Assembly: GCA_044222475.1 (NCBI GenBank)
Contig: JBGANF010000043.1
Span: forward strand, 1-56,266
DNA: 56,266 nucleotides
Origin: Polyangiaceae bacterium
Lineage (GTDB): Bacteria > Myxococcota_A > Polyangia > Polyangiales > Polyangiaceae
Reading direction: 5' to 3'
Position 1 is the first letter of the stretch; every line of letters starts with the position of its first letter. Below, piece by piece: positions 9,599-18,813 of the stretch. The notes beneath the pieces were generated by a model. It saw only the letters and a list, made by a program, of their open reading frames with translations, ran no database searches and was not told where the DNA came from. The position numbers and the translations under genes were made by a program.

Positions 9599-10774
9599 TC
9601 ACAGCGCCGGCTCGGGGAAACCCTCGGCGGGCTTCGCAAACAGGTAACCCTGCATCAACGTGCAGCCCACGGCCAAGAGAGCATCGCGCTCCTCGGGCCG
9701 CTCCACCCCCTTCGCCACGAGCTTCATCCCGAGCTCGCGGCAGGTGTCGACCATCGTTCGCACGACGAACTGGCGTGGCCGATCTTCGGCGATGCCGTCG
9801 AGGAGCGCTCGCGCGAGCTTCGTGTACCGCGGTGCCAGCGCGGCGAAGCGCGAGAGGCCGGTATCGTCGGCTCCGAAGTCGTCGACCGCGAACACGTGAC
9901 CGTCGGCGCGCAGGTTCGCCGCTGCGCGCGAAGCGGAGGCGACGGACGAGAGTGAGGCGCGCTCGCTGATCTGAAGGACGGTCCGCCCCTTGAACGACGC
10001 GGGCAGTCCCTCGGCGGCGATCCCACCGTCGGCGAGATCGAGCGGAACCAGCTTCAGAAACACCAAGTGCTCCGAGGAGAGGCGCTCCGAGTCGGCCGCG
10101 ATGCGCGCGCGGAGCGCCTTGCCGAGATCCCGGAGGCGGCCGAGGCGTTCGGCTGCGTCGACGACCGCGAGCGGAGACTGGAGCTCCGGCTCGCGCGTGC
10201 GAAGGAAGCCTTCGTACCCGACGACGCGCTTCTCCGCGACGTCGACGATCGGCTGATACGCGACGTGGAGGGTCTCGAGCGCGCGATGGAAGCGGGTGAC
10301 CAGAGCGGCGACGTCACCGCGCACCTGCTCCGTGTTGCCGGTGATACGACGCGCCTCGCGCCGCGCACGAGCCAGGCGACACAAGCTCTGGGCTTCACGA
10401 CACGCGTCCACGAGGGCGCTCCGATCGAGCGGCTTCGTGAGCATCCGCAGCGCGCCGTGCTCCACGGCCTGGATCGAGAGCGGCTCGCTCACTGCGCCGG
10501 TGATCAAGACCACGGGGACGTCGAGGTCGACCGCTCGCACGTGCTCGAGGAGGTGGATGCCATCCATCTTCGGCATCCAGATGTCGCTCACGATGACGTC
10601 GAAGCGCGTGGCGAGCACGGCCGAAATCGCGTCGTCCCCGCTCTTGGCCGTGGCGACGGTGAACCCCGCTCGCTCGAGGACCCGGGCATGGGCGCGAAGC
10701 ACCTCTTCGTCGTCGTCGACGAGGAGAACACCGCCGGGCTCGCGCGTGTCCGAGGCGATGTCACCGGCCGTCAT
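9599..10774 (-). CDS. Response regulator with a degenerate EAL domain (REC-EAL)
   Basis: REC motifs LLVDDD, SDIWMPKMDG and KP. The EAL-like domain has YQPIV and DDFG but altered catalytic motifs. Start at ATG 10774. Confidence 0.85.
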   Translation of the reverse strand: MTAGDIASDTREPGGVLLVDDDEEVLRAHARVLERAGFTVATAKSGDDAISAVLATRFDVIVSDIWMPKMDGIHLLEHVRAVDLDVPVVLITGAVSEPLSIQAVEHGALRMLTKPLDRSALVDACREAQSLCRLARARREARRITGNTEQVRGDVAALVTRFHRALETLHVAYQPIVDVAEKRVVGYEGFLRTREPELQSPLAVVDAAERLGRLRDLGKALRARIAADSERLSSEHLVFLKLVPLDLADGGIAAEGLPASFKGRTVLQISERASLSSVASASRAAANLRADGHVFAVDDFGADDTGLSRFAALAPRYTKLARALLDGIAEDRPRQFVVRTMVDTCRELGMKLVAKGVERPEERDALLAVGCTLMQGYLFAKPAEGFPEPAL

Positions 10775-10804
10775 GCGCCGCCGAGGATACGGTATGCTCG
10801 CCAC

Positions 10805-11500
10805 ATGGCAAAGGTGCGCACGCTCGCGATCGACATTGGTGGAACCGGACTCAAGGCGCTCGTCCTCGACGAGAAGGGAAAGCCCGTCGTCGAACGGGTG
10901 CGCGTCGAGACGCCTCGACCGGCGACTCCGGCGGCGGTGATCGACGCGCTCGTCACCATCGTGAAGGGGCTCGGCTCGTTCGATCGGATCTCGGTGGGGT
11001 TCCCCGGCGTCGTTGTCGAGGGCGTCACCCAGACTGCGCCGAACCTCCACCAGGCGTGGGCGCGATACCCGCTCGCGAAGGAGCTCCAGAAGCGCCTCGG
11101 GAAACCGGCGCGCGTCCTCAACGACGCCGGCGTCCAAGGCTTCGGAGTGATCTCCGGCAAGGGCACCGAGATGGTGCTCACGCTCGGTACCGGAATGGGA
11201 TGCGCGCTCTACGTCGACGGCAAGTACGTCCCGAACCTCGAGCTCGCGCATCACCCCTTCCGACACGGCAAGACGTACGAGGAGTACATCGGCAACAAGG
11301 CGCTCGAGAAGGTCGGCAAGAAGCAGTGGAACAAACGCGTCGCTCGCGTCCTCGATGCGATCGAGCCGATCTTCAACCCCACGCGCATCTACCTCGGCGG
11401 GGGCAACGCGAAGAAGCTCAAGCAGAAGCTTCCGAAGAACGTGACCATCACCGACAACGTGGCGGGCCTGCTCGGGGGAATCGCGCTCTGGCGGGCGTGA
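10805..11500 (+). CDS. ROK-family sugar kinase (polyphosphate glucokinase-like)
   Basis: IDIGGTGLK, VGFPG, LNDA, LTLGTGMG, NLELAH and YLGGGN motifs. Confidence 0.85.
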   Translation: MAKVRTLAIDIGGTGLKALVLDEKGKPVVERVRVETPRPATPAAVIDALVTIVKGLGSFDRISVGFPGVVVEGVTQTAPNLHQAWARYPLAKELQKRLGKPARVLNDAGVQGFGVISGKGTEMVLTLGTGMGCALYVDGKYVPNLELAHHPFRHGKTYEEYIGNKALEKVGKKQWNKRVARVLDAIEPIFNPTRIYLGGGNAKKLKQKLPKNVTITDNVAGLLGGIALWRA

Positions 11501-11583
11501 GCCTGAGGATGTGCGTCCTCATCTCACCTGAACCCCGGTGCTATTTCGCAACGGGCTGACGTTTCGCGTACCATCCACGATGG

Positions 11584-12984
11584 ATGTCCACGGCCACGTC
11601 TCCCGTCCGCGTCGTAGGGCGATACGCGCTCCATGGCGTGCTCGCCTCGGGCGGGATGGCGACGGTCCATGTCGGGCGCCTGATGGGACCCGTCGGGTTC
11701 TCCCGTACCGTCGCGATCAAGCGACTTCACCCTCAGTACGCGAGTGACCCCGAGTTCGTGACGATGTTCCTCGACGAGGCTCGCCTCGCCGGCCGCATCC
11801 GACATCCGAACGCCGTGCCCGTGATCGACGTGGTCGAGGCCGACGGCGAAGTCCTCCTCGTCATGGAGTACGTACAGGGCGAGACGCTCGCGCGGCTGCT
11901 TCGACGCGCCACGGAGATGGGCGAGAAGCCACCTCCCGACGTCACCGCAGCGATCGTCGCCGACACGCTCGAAGGGCTCCACGCCGTCCACGAGGCGCGC
12001 GACGAACGCGGACAGCCGCTCGGAATCGTCCATCGTGACGTCTCGCCGCAGAACGTGATGGTCGGCATCGACGGCGTCGCGCGCGTGCTCGACTTCGGCA
12101 TCGCGAAGGCCGCCGGTCGATCCCAGGTGACGCGCGAAGGCCAGCTCAAGGGCAAGCTCGCATACATGGCGCCGGAGCAACTGCACGGCGAGGTGTCTCG
12201 CCTCACCGACGTGTTCGCCGCCGGCATCGTGCTCTGGGAGGCGCTCACTGCGAAGCGCCTGTTCCATGGCTCGAACGAGGGCGAGACGGTGACGCGCATC
12301 CTCGCCGGCAAGATCGAGGCTCCGAGCGAGCACGGCGCCCCGCCGGAGTACGACGCGGTGGTGCTCAAGGCACTCGCGAAGGATCCGAAGGAGCGCTTCC
12401 AGAGCGCGCGCGAGATGGCCGTCGCGCTCGTGAAGGTACGGCCACCCGCGGACCCGCCCGCCGTCGGAGCGTGGGTCGAGCGCATCGGCAAAGACCTGCT
12501 CGACCTGCGCGCCGAGCTGATCTCGGGCGTCGAGGCGGCTCCGTCCTTGCCGCAGCTCCCGGCCAGCGCGCCGTCGATGCCGGAGATCCCCGTCGACGCG
12601 ACCCAAGCGGACCTCACGCGCGACAACGTGCACCGCAGTCGGCGGCGCCCCATGTGGATGTTCGCCGTCGCCGGCGTCGGTCTCGTCGTCGTCGCCGTCG
12701 GCGCGACGTTGGCGATCACCAGCAGCCAAGGCGGCGGCACGCCCGCCGGAAGCGTCGTCGCGAGCGCAACCGCCACCGCCCCCGCGCCGCCGACGACCGA
12801 CACCGCCACCGCGCCCGTCCCGTCGGCGAGCGTCGCCACCACGTCGGCCGCTCTCCCGTCGGCTCGACCGACCGCGACCGTAGGTCCTGGGACGACGAAG
12901 CCTCACGTCACGGCCACGGCTTCCACGAAGCCAGTCGCGACGGCCACCGCCAAACCCACCCAGACGATTCCGGATCACATATGA
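11584..12984 (+). CDS. Ser/Thr protein kinase with C-terminal TM and Thr/Ala/Pro-rich tail
   Basis: SGGMATV, VAIK, HRDVSPQN, DFG and GKLAYMAPE motifs. Confidence 0.92.
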   Translation: MSTATSPVRVVGRYALHGVLASGGMATVHVGRLMGPVGFSRTVAIKRLHPQYASDPEFVTMFLDEARLAGRIRHPNAVPVIDVVEADGEVLLVMEYVQGETLARLLRRATEMGEKPPPDVTAAIVADTLEGLHAVHEARDERGQPLGIVHRDVSPQNVMVGIDGVARVLDFGIAKAAGRSQVTREGQLKGKLAYMAPEQLHGEVSRLTDVFAAGIVLWEALTAKRLFHGSNEGETVTRILAGKIEAPSEHGAPPEYDAVVLKALAKDPKERFQSAREMAVALVKVRPPADPPAVGAWVERIGKDLLDLRAELISGVEAAPSLPQLPASAPSMPEIPVDATQADLTRDNVHRSRRRPMWMFAVAGVGLVVVAVGATLAITSSQGGGTPAGSVVASATATAPAPPTTDTATAPVPSASVATTSAALPSARPTATVGPGTTKPHVTATASTKPVATATAKPTQTIPDHI

Positions 12985-13934
12985 GAGTCCAGACCTTCGT
13001 CGCGGCGCTGTTCGCCGTGTCGCTCGTGTTCGCATCGGCGAACGCCCACGCCGATCCGAAGCCCGCGGGCGGAGCAGCTGCCGCAGCAGCAGCGGACGCG
13101 GAGAAGAAGGCCGCGGACCTCAAGGCGGACGGCGACCGTCTTCTCTCGGAGAAGAAGTTCGTCGAGGCGCTCGATGCGTACGACAAGTCGTTCGCGCTCG
13201 TCCCCAACCCCGCGCTCCACTTCAACCGCGGGCGCGCCTTGCAGTTCCTCGCTCGCTACCCCGAGGCGCTCGCGTACCTCGAGCGGTTCATGAAGGAGGC
13301 CTCGGACGACCTCAAGAGCAAGGTGCCGGGGCTCGCCGATCTCGTGAAGGAGGTGTCGGGCAAGGTCGCGACTCTCGACCTCACCGCCAACGTCAGCGGC
13401 GGGCGCATCCTCGTCGGCGGAAAGGACGTCGGACAGACGCCGATGTCGAGTCCGCTCCGCGTGAACGCCGGCAAGACCGTGATCGAGGTCATCGCCGACG
13501 GGTACTTCCCCTTCAAGAAGGAGGTCGACCTCGGCGGCAACGCGACCACGAAGCTCGATGCGCAGCTCGCCTCGCGCGACTCGTTCGGGTTTCTCGTCGT
13601 GAAGAGCACGATCGCCTCCTCGAGCGTCAGCATCGACGGCAAGAGCATCGGGCTCGTCCCCGCCGAGGCCGCGCTCTCCGCTGGAACGCACCCGGTCGTC
13701 GTGTCGCACGAGGGCTACGACGACGCGGCGACGCAGGTCGTGCTCAAAGCCGGCGAGCGCAAGGAGCTCCTGCTCGATCCGGTGAAGGGCACACCCGTCA
13801 CCGGCAAGTGGTGGTTCTGGACCATCATCGGCGTCGTCGCCATCGGCGGTGCGACGGCCGCGACCGTCATCGCGCTCACGACCGAACGAGCGGCACCGAC
13901 GGGTGACTTCTCGCCCGGCAAAGTGGGCTTCTGA
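12981..13934 (+). CDS. TPR plus tandem PEGA-domain protein (kinase partner)
   Basis: Signal peptide, TPR pair, two PEGA-like repeats and a KWWFWT TM segment. ATGA overlap with the kinase gene. Confidence 0.8.
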   Translation: MRVQTFVAALFAVSLVFASANAHADPKPAGGAAAAAAADAEKKAADLKADGDRLLSEKKFVEALDAYDKSFALVPNPALHFNRGRALQFLARYPEALAYLERFMKEASDDLKSKVPGLADLVKEVSGKVATLDLTANVSGGRILVGGKDVGQTPMSSPLRVNAGKTVIEVIADGYFPFKKEVDLGGNATTKLDAQLASRDSFGFLVVKSTIASSSVSIDGKSIGLVPAEAALSAGTHPVVVSHEGYDDAATQVVLKAGERKELLLDPVKGTPVTGKWWFWTIIGVVAIGGATAATVIALTTERAAPTGDFSPGKVGF

Positions 13935-13940
13935 GCCGGA

Positions 13941-15581
13941 TCACTCGCGAGCGACCGCTCCACCGTGGGCGGTCTCGTCGTAGACGATTCCGCTGAACGT
14001 GCGCTTCGCGCTGTTGAGCTGCCACTCGCCGCCGAACAACACGACCGGACGACCGCGCACGTCGATGACGGGCGTGCCGACGCGCTCGCGATCGAACGCG
14101 AGCAGATCCACCGGCGTCCCATCCTCGCGCGAAACCCAGCGTGCGAAATCGATCTGCATCGGTTCGAGTCGCACGTCGACGTCGTACTCGTTCTGCAGGC
14201 GGAACTTCACGACCTCGAGCTGGAGCCGACCGACCGCGCCGAGGATCGGATCGCCGCTTCGTCCCTCGGGGGGACGGTAGAGCTGAATCGTACCTTCTTG
14301 GGCCAACTGATCGAGCCCGGCCTTGAGCTGCTTGCGCCGCATCGGGTCGGCGAGGAACGCGCGAACGAAGTGCTCGGGGGCGAAGCTCGGGATTTCTTCG
14401 TAGCTGAAGTCCTTGCCGCCGGTGAGCGTGTCGCCGATCTCGAAGAGGCCCGGATCGTGGACGCCCATGACGTCTCCGGCGTAGCCCTCTTCGACGATGT
14501 TCCGCTCCTGCGCCATCATCTGCATCGGGTTCGCGAGCCGGATCTCTTTCCCGGTGCGCACGTGGCGAACCTTCATGCCGCGCTCGAACTTGCCCGAGCA
14601 CACGCGAAGGAACGCGACGCGATCGCGGTGCGCGCGGTTCATGTTCGCTTGGATCTTGAAGACGAACGCGCTGAACTGATCGTCGTCGGGAGCGATCGGC
14701 CCCTTCGAGCTGATGCGCGGGAGCGGCGCCGGCATGAGCTCGCAGAAGCTCTCGAGGAACGCCTCGAGCCCGAAGTTGTTGATCGCGCTCCCGAAGAACA
14801 TCGGGCTCACGTCACCCGCCTCGAACTTCGCGCGATCGAACGAGTCGCCGGCGGAGTCGAGGAGCTCCGCCTCTTCGCGCAGCTGCTTGTAGCCCTGCTC
14901 GTCGAGCTCTTCCTTCAGCTTCGGATCGTCGAGGCCGGTGACCTTCATCTCGACGGCCATCTCGGCGCCCGACGCCGCGCTCGAGCCGGCCTTCGCTTCG
15001 TCGAAGAGGTGCACGGTGCGCGTGATGCGGTGGTAGACGCCGCGGAACGTCGCGCCGCGGTAGATCGGCCAGGTGACGGGATACACGCCGATGCCGAGGA
15101 CGTGCTCGACCTCGCCCACGAGATCGAACGGCTCGCGTCCCGGCCGGTCCATCTTGTTCACGAAGGTGAAGATCGGCATCTTCCGCTGCTTGCAGACGCG
15201 GAACAGCTTGAGCGTCTGCGCTTCGACGCCCTTCGCGCAGTCGAGGATCATGACCGCACCGTCGGCCGCGTGGAGCGTGCGGTAGGTGTCCTCGCTGAAG
15301 TCGGCGTGGCCGGGCGTGTCGAGCAGGTTCATCGAGAGCCCGCGGTAGGGGAACTGGAGAACGCTCGACGTGATCGAGATCCCACGCTCGCGCTCCATCT
15401 CCATCCAGTCGGAGACCGCGCTCGCCCGCCCCTTCTTCGCCTTCACCGCACCGGCGAGCTGAATCGCACCTCCGTACAAGAGGAGCTTCTCGGTGAGCGT
15501 CGTCTTTCCGGCGTCGGGGTGGGAGATGATCGCGAACGTCTTCCGCCGCTTGATCTGCTTTTGGAGCTCTACGTTCGACAT
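13941..15581 (-). CDS. prfC: Peptide chain release factor 3
   Basis: RRKTFAIISHPDAGKTTLTEKLLLYGGAI, SDWMEMERERGISI, DTPGHADFSEDTYR and FKIQANM motifs. Confidence 0.97.
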   Translation of the reverse strand: MSNVELQKQIKRRKTFAIISHPDAGKTTLTEKLLLYGGAIQLAGAVKAKKGRASAVSDWMEMERERGISITSSVLQFPYRGLSMNLLDTPGHADFSEDTYRTLHAADGAVMILDCAKGVEAQTLKLFRVCKQRKMPIFTFVNKMDRPGREPFDLVGEVEHVLGIGVYPVTWPIYRGATFRGVYHRITRTVHLFDEAKAGSSAASGAEMAVEMKVTGLDDPKLKEELDEQGYKQLREEAELLDSAGDSFDRAKFEAGDVSPMFFGSAINNFGLEAFLESFCELMPAPLPRISSKGPIAPDDDQFSAFVFKIQANMNRAHRDRVAFLRVCSGKFERGMKVRHVRTGKEIRLANPMQMMAQERNIVEEGYAGDVMGVHDPGLFEIGDTLTGGKDFSYEEIPSFAPEHFVRAFLADPMRRKQLKAGLDQLAQEGTIQLYRPPEGRSGDPILGAVGRLQLEVVKFRLQNEYDVDVRLEPMQIDFARWVSREDGTPVDLLAFDRERVGTPVIDVRGRPVVLFGGEWQLNSAKRTFSGIVYDETAHGGAVARE

Positions 15582-15641
15582 CGGAAAACCCGGTGGGCGG
15601 CATCTGGTACCACACCGCCGAGCCGAGAGCCGCCCATCGAT

Positions 15642-15682
15642 GCATTGCAGTTCTGCAATGCGCCCGTTCGGAACTGCATTGC
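15642..15682. promoter_or_regulatory. Palindromic upstream activator site (candidate sigma54 enhancer-binding-protein site)
   Basis: Perfect inverted repeat GCATTGCAG-TT-CTGCAATGC (15642-15661) plus a related half-site GAACTGCATTGC (15671-15682), about 80-115 bp upstream of the predicted sigma54 start. Confidence 0.55.
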
Positions 15683-15732
15683 CTCAGGTGTTCCGACTGC
15701 CCGAAACTGCGAAGGAATTCGGTCTTCTTGGG

Positions 15733-15748
15733 TGGCACGATGCGTGCT
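15733..15748 (+). promoter_or_regulatory. Sigma54 (-24/-12) promoter
   Basis: TGGCACGATGCGTGCT matches TGGCACG-N4-(T)TGCW with exact GG-N10-GC spacing. Confidence 0.7.
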
Positions 15749-15758
15749 TACACGGTAA

Positions 15759-15816
15759 GCGCCTGCGTGGAGTGAGACCGTCCCCCCCGGTCCCTCTGCG
15801 CGGGCACTTTTCTTTT
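15759..15816 (+). ncRNA. Candidate sigma54-dependent small RNA: single hairpin with C-rich loop and U-tract
   Basis: Begins about 12 nt after the -12 GC. Outer stem GCCTGCGTGGAG/CTCTGCGCGGGC (12 bp with G-U pairs), inner stem GACCG/CGGTC, loop TCCCCCC, then TTTTCTTTT. Confidence 0.55.
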
Positions 15817-15869
15817 GTGGGCTCGTCCCTCGCGGTGCCACGCGCGCGATCGACAGCTATGCTGCGCGC

Positions 15870-18803
15870 GTGCGATTCCGAGCCACACTCCCGCTTCTCC
15901 TCCTTTCCCTTCCGGTCGTCGTTCACTGCGACTCGACGCCGGACACTCCGCCGAACACCGGCCTCGAGCCTCTCCCCGGCGAGCAGCGCTGCGACCCGCG
16001 GCAGATCTCGTCGTACAAGCTGAGCTTCGATCCGCCCGAGGCGATCATGGCGCCCGGCGTCGCGCGCCCCGTTCGCGTCACCGTCGATCCCGACGCGTGC
16101 GTGCCGAGCCGCATCGAGTTCGTCACCGGAAACGCCGACGTGACCGCGGCACCGGTCGGCGCCAACGTCGATCTCCGCCACGCCACCTACGACTTCAACG
16201 TCGTCGGCGGGAAGATCGGCGCGACGACCCTCACCGCGAAGATCAAGAACCCCGATGGCTCGGAAGCCACCGCCGATCTCCCGGTCGACGTCCGCGATCC
16301 GCTCGCGCCGACGTGCACCGGCGGGCCGCAGTCGGGCACCATCGCCGAGCCCACGCCGTCGATCAGCGGCACCGGCGCGCTCACCGGCGCCAGCATGACG
16401 ACGAACAAGAACGCGTTCGTTCGCCAGGACATGTGGAAGCTTCCCTCGTTCGACGCGAGCCTGGGCTGCGGCGCCGACCTCGTCGCGCCTTCGCTCGGTG
16501 ACTACGTCGCGCTCTCGCCGCCGATCGACTTCGAGCCGAAGAGCGCGCTCTCGCCGGTGAAGCCGCTCAACCGCGAGCTCGACTTCACGATCCCGATCAA
16601 CCCCGCGGCGGTCCCCCCGGCGGGTCGGCTCCGCCACCTCGTGATGCTCTTCTCGAGCCCGCGCGCGAAGAAGCCGCGGCCGATCCTCATCGCGAGCCCG
16701 CGCATCGAGAAGTCCGGCAACGGATACGTGCTCCACTTCTCGTCGCCGTGGTTCGGCACGTACCAAGCGGTCATGTACAAGGACGCCGGGACGCGGCGGT
16801 ACAAGCGCAAGCTCCAGCACCGCTCGGTCATCGGCTTCTCGATGGGCGGCGCTGGCGCGGCGAGCTTCGGGTTCCGCCATCACGACAAGTTCGACGCGAT
16901 CGCTCCGATGGGCGGACCGTCGGATTGGTCGTGGCTCCTCTGGTTCGTGGAGAACTACGCGCTCGGCGGGTTCTGCCCGTCGACGAACCCCGGCTGCACG
17001 CTGCCGAAGACCATCGATCTCCCGATCCCCGACACGCTCGCCCACCCGATGGACTTCAACCACTGGTGGTACGAGAAGGGCGCCGGCAACGGCGGTGGCT
17101 TCCCTCGCGACGAGTACACGCAGATCTTCGCCGACCTCGCCTTGATGGAGAACAACCCGAACGGCGAGAACTCGGACCCAGCGATGAGCATGTTCGCGGC
17201 CGGCATCAAGGCGACCGATCCGTTCGTCGTCGGTGACGTGACCGGCCTGCCGGCGAACGCGGACTGTCGCTTCCCGGTCGAGCCGCTCAAGGGCCCCGAC
17301 CAGGCCAACCAGGACAAGATCAAGAAGCAGTGCGCGAAGTCGCGCTGCGATGCATCCAGAGCGTTGAAGATCCCGACGGGCTACTACGACGACGAGTACA
17401 ACCCGACCGGCGGCGAGCAGGTCATCAGCTTCTGCGAGGGCGGTGAGATAGGGACGAGCGCGAGCCCGTACTCGAACACCTGGCGCCAGCCGACCGCCGA
17501 CGAGGCCTATCCCATGAACCTCGCGCTCGCCGTCGACCTGAACAAGAACGGCCTTCGCGACGAAAACGAGCCCGTGATCCGAGCCGGTCACGAGCCCTAC
17601 GACGATTTCGGAGAGGACGGTCTCGCCGACTCGTCCGAGCCGGGCTTCGACGCCGTCACGAACCCCGATCCCAACCAAGACGACTACGACCCGCAGATCA
17701 ACCCGACGGGAACCGAGAACGATCACCGGTACCAAGTCGGCGAGCCGTTCAAGGACTTCGGGCTCGACGGTGTGGCGAACACCAAGAGCAGCCCCTACGA
17801 CACCGGCGAAGGCGACGGGGAGTACACCGAAGCGAGCGGCCTCAGGAACTTCTACTCGATCGATCCGCACAGCCTCATCCGCGGGTGGTCGAAGAACACG
17901 CCGAAGCCGTTCGACGACGACGCGCTCCGCAGGCTCGCCGTCTGGAGCGACGGCGGCGTGCGAGATCTCTTCAACTTCGGCGCGGTGGCCACCCACCTCA
18001 CCGGCGCCCTCGCGTCCCGAAAAGGTACCGACGGGCGGCCTCTCCAGCAGAACGTCTTCTTCAACGGGTTCCACCACCTCCCGGGGCAGGACTTCAAGCG
18101 GCCGCAGGACTTCGCTCCTTCGCTCCTCCGCTTCGCGGACATCGCCGGCTCGCCGAGCATCCGCTACGGCAACGTCGACGCGACGCCTGGCGAGATCGAC
18201 CTCGGTGACGGCATGCACGTCGGCACCGCCGCGCAGATCCTCTACCGCATCGAAGCCGCGTTCTACTACTCCGCCCACCAGTGGCCCGACGCCGACCGTC
18301 TCCTCACCGAGATCACGGTGCTCAACCCCGAGACGACGACCAAGAACGAGCTCGGCACCGCCTGCGAGAAGGAAGGCAAGTGCGAGAAGATCTTCACCGG
18401 ACCGAAGACCAAGCGCACCGGGCCGATCGCGGTCACGTTGCCACCGGGTTACGCGCTCGAGGAGAACCGCCTGCGCAACGTGACCTACCCCGTCATCTAC
18501 GTGCTCCACGGCTACGGCCAGGATCCGCGTGACCTCGAGGCGCTCGCGATCATCTCGAACAACTTCATGAACGACGGCGAGCGGAGCTACCCGAACCGCC
18601 TCGCGAAGTTCATCACCGTCTACGTCGACGGGCGCTGCCGCACCGGCGCCGACGGCAAGCCGGAGTGCATCCAAGGCAGCTTCTACCTGGACGCGCACCG
18701 CCCCGGTGGCGCGCTGTTCGACTCGTGGTTCGACGAGGTCGTCGACTACGTCGATCAGAACTACCGCACGATGGCGCCCAGCGAGGTCGAAGTAACCGAG
18801 TAG
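15870..18803 (+). CDS. Large lipoprotein; putative circularly permuted alpha/beta-hydrolase (esterase) with Ca-binding-like insertions
   Basis: Signal peptide ending VVHC; GFSMGG nucleophile elbow at about aa 324; LPPGY...YPVIYVLHG...VDQNYRT at the C-terminus. Confidence 0.75.
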   Translation: MRFRATLPLLLLSLPVVVHCDSTPDTPPNTGLEPLPGEQRCDPRQISSYKLSFDPPEAIMAPGVARPVRVTVDPDACVPSRIEFVTGNADVTAAPVGANVDLRHATYDFNVVGGKIGATTLTAKIKNPDGSEATADLPVDVRDPLAPTCTGGPQSGTIAEPTPSISGTGALTGASMTTNKNAFVRQDMWKLPSFDASLGCGADLVAPSLGDYVALSPPIDFEPKSALSPVKPLNRELDFTIPINPAAVPPAGRLRHLVMLFSSPRAKKPRPILIASPRIEKSGNGYVLHFSSPWFGTYQAVMYKDAGTRRYKRKLQHRSVIGFSMGGAGAASFGFRHHDKFDAIAPMGGPSDWSWLLWFVENYALGGFCPSTNPGCTLPKTIDLPIPDTLAHPMDFNHWWYEKGAGNGGGFPRDEYTQIFADLALMENNPNGENSDPAMSMFAAGIKATDPFVVGDVTGLPANADCRFPVEPLKGPDQANQDKIKKQCAKSRCDASRALKIPTGYYDDEYNPTGGEQVISFCEGGEIGTSASPYSNTWRQPTADEAYPMNLALAVDLNKNGLRDENEPVIRAGHEPYDDFGEDGLADSSEPGFDAVTNPDPNQDDYDPQINPTGTENDHRYQVGEPFKDFGLDGVANTKSSPYDTGEGDGEYTEASGLRNFYSIDPHSLIRGWSKNTPKPFDDDALRRLAVWSDGGVRDLFNFGAVATHLTGALASRKGTDGRPLQQNVFFNGFHHLPGQDFKRPQDFAPSLLRFADIAGSPSIRYGNVDATPGEIDLGDGMHVGTAAQILYRIEAAFYYSAHQWPDADRLLTEITVLNPETTTKNELGTACEKEGKCEKIFTGPKTKRTGPIAVTLPPGYALEENRLRNVTYPVIYVLHGYGQDPRDLEALAIISNNFMNDGERSYPNRLAKFITVYVDGRCRTGADGKPECIQGSFYLDAHRPGGALFDSWFDEVVDYVDQNYRTMAPSEVEVTE

Positions 18804-18813
18804 TCTCGCCTCC

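Noticed and set aside
11584..13934. Kinase plus TPR-PEGA gene pair as a novel system
   Set aside because: This is a common, repeatedly seen arrangement in myxobacteria.
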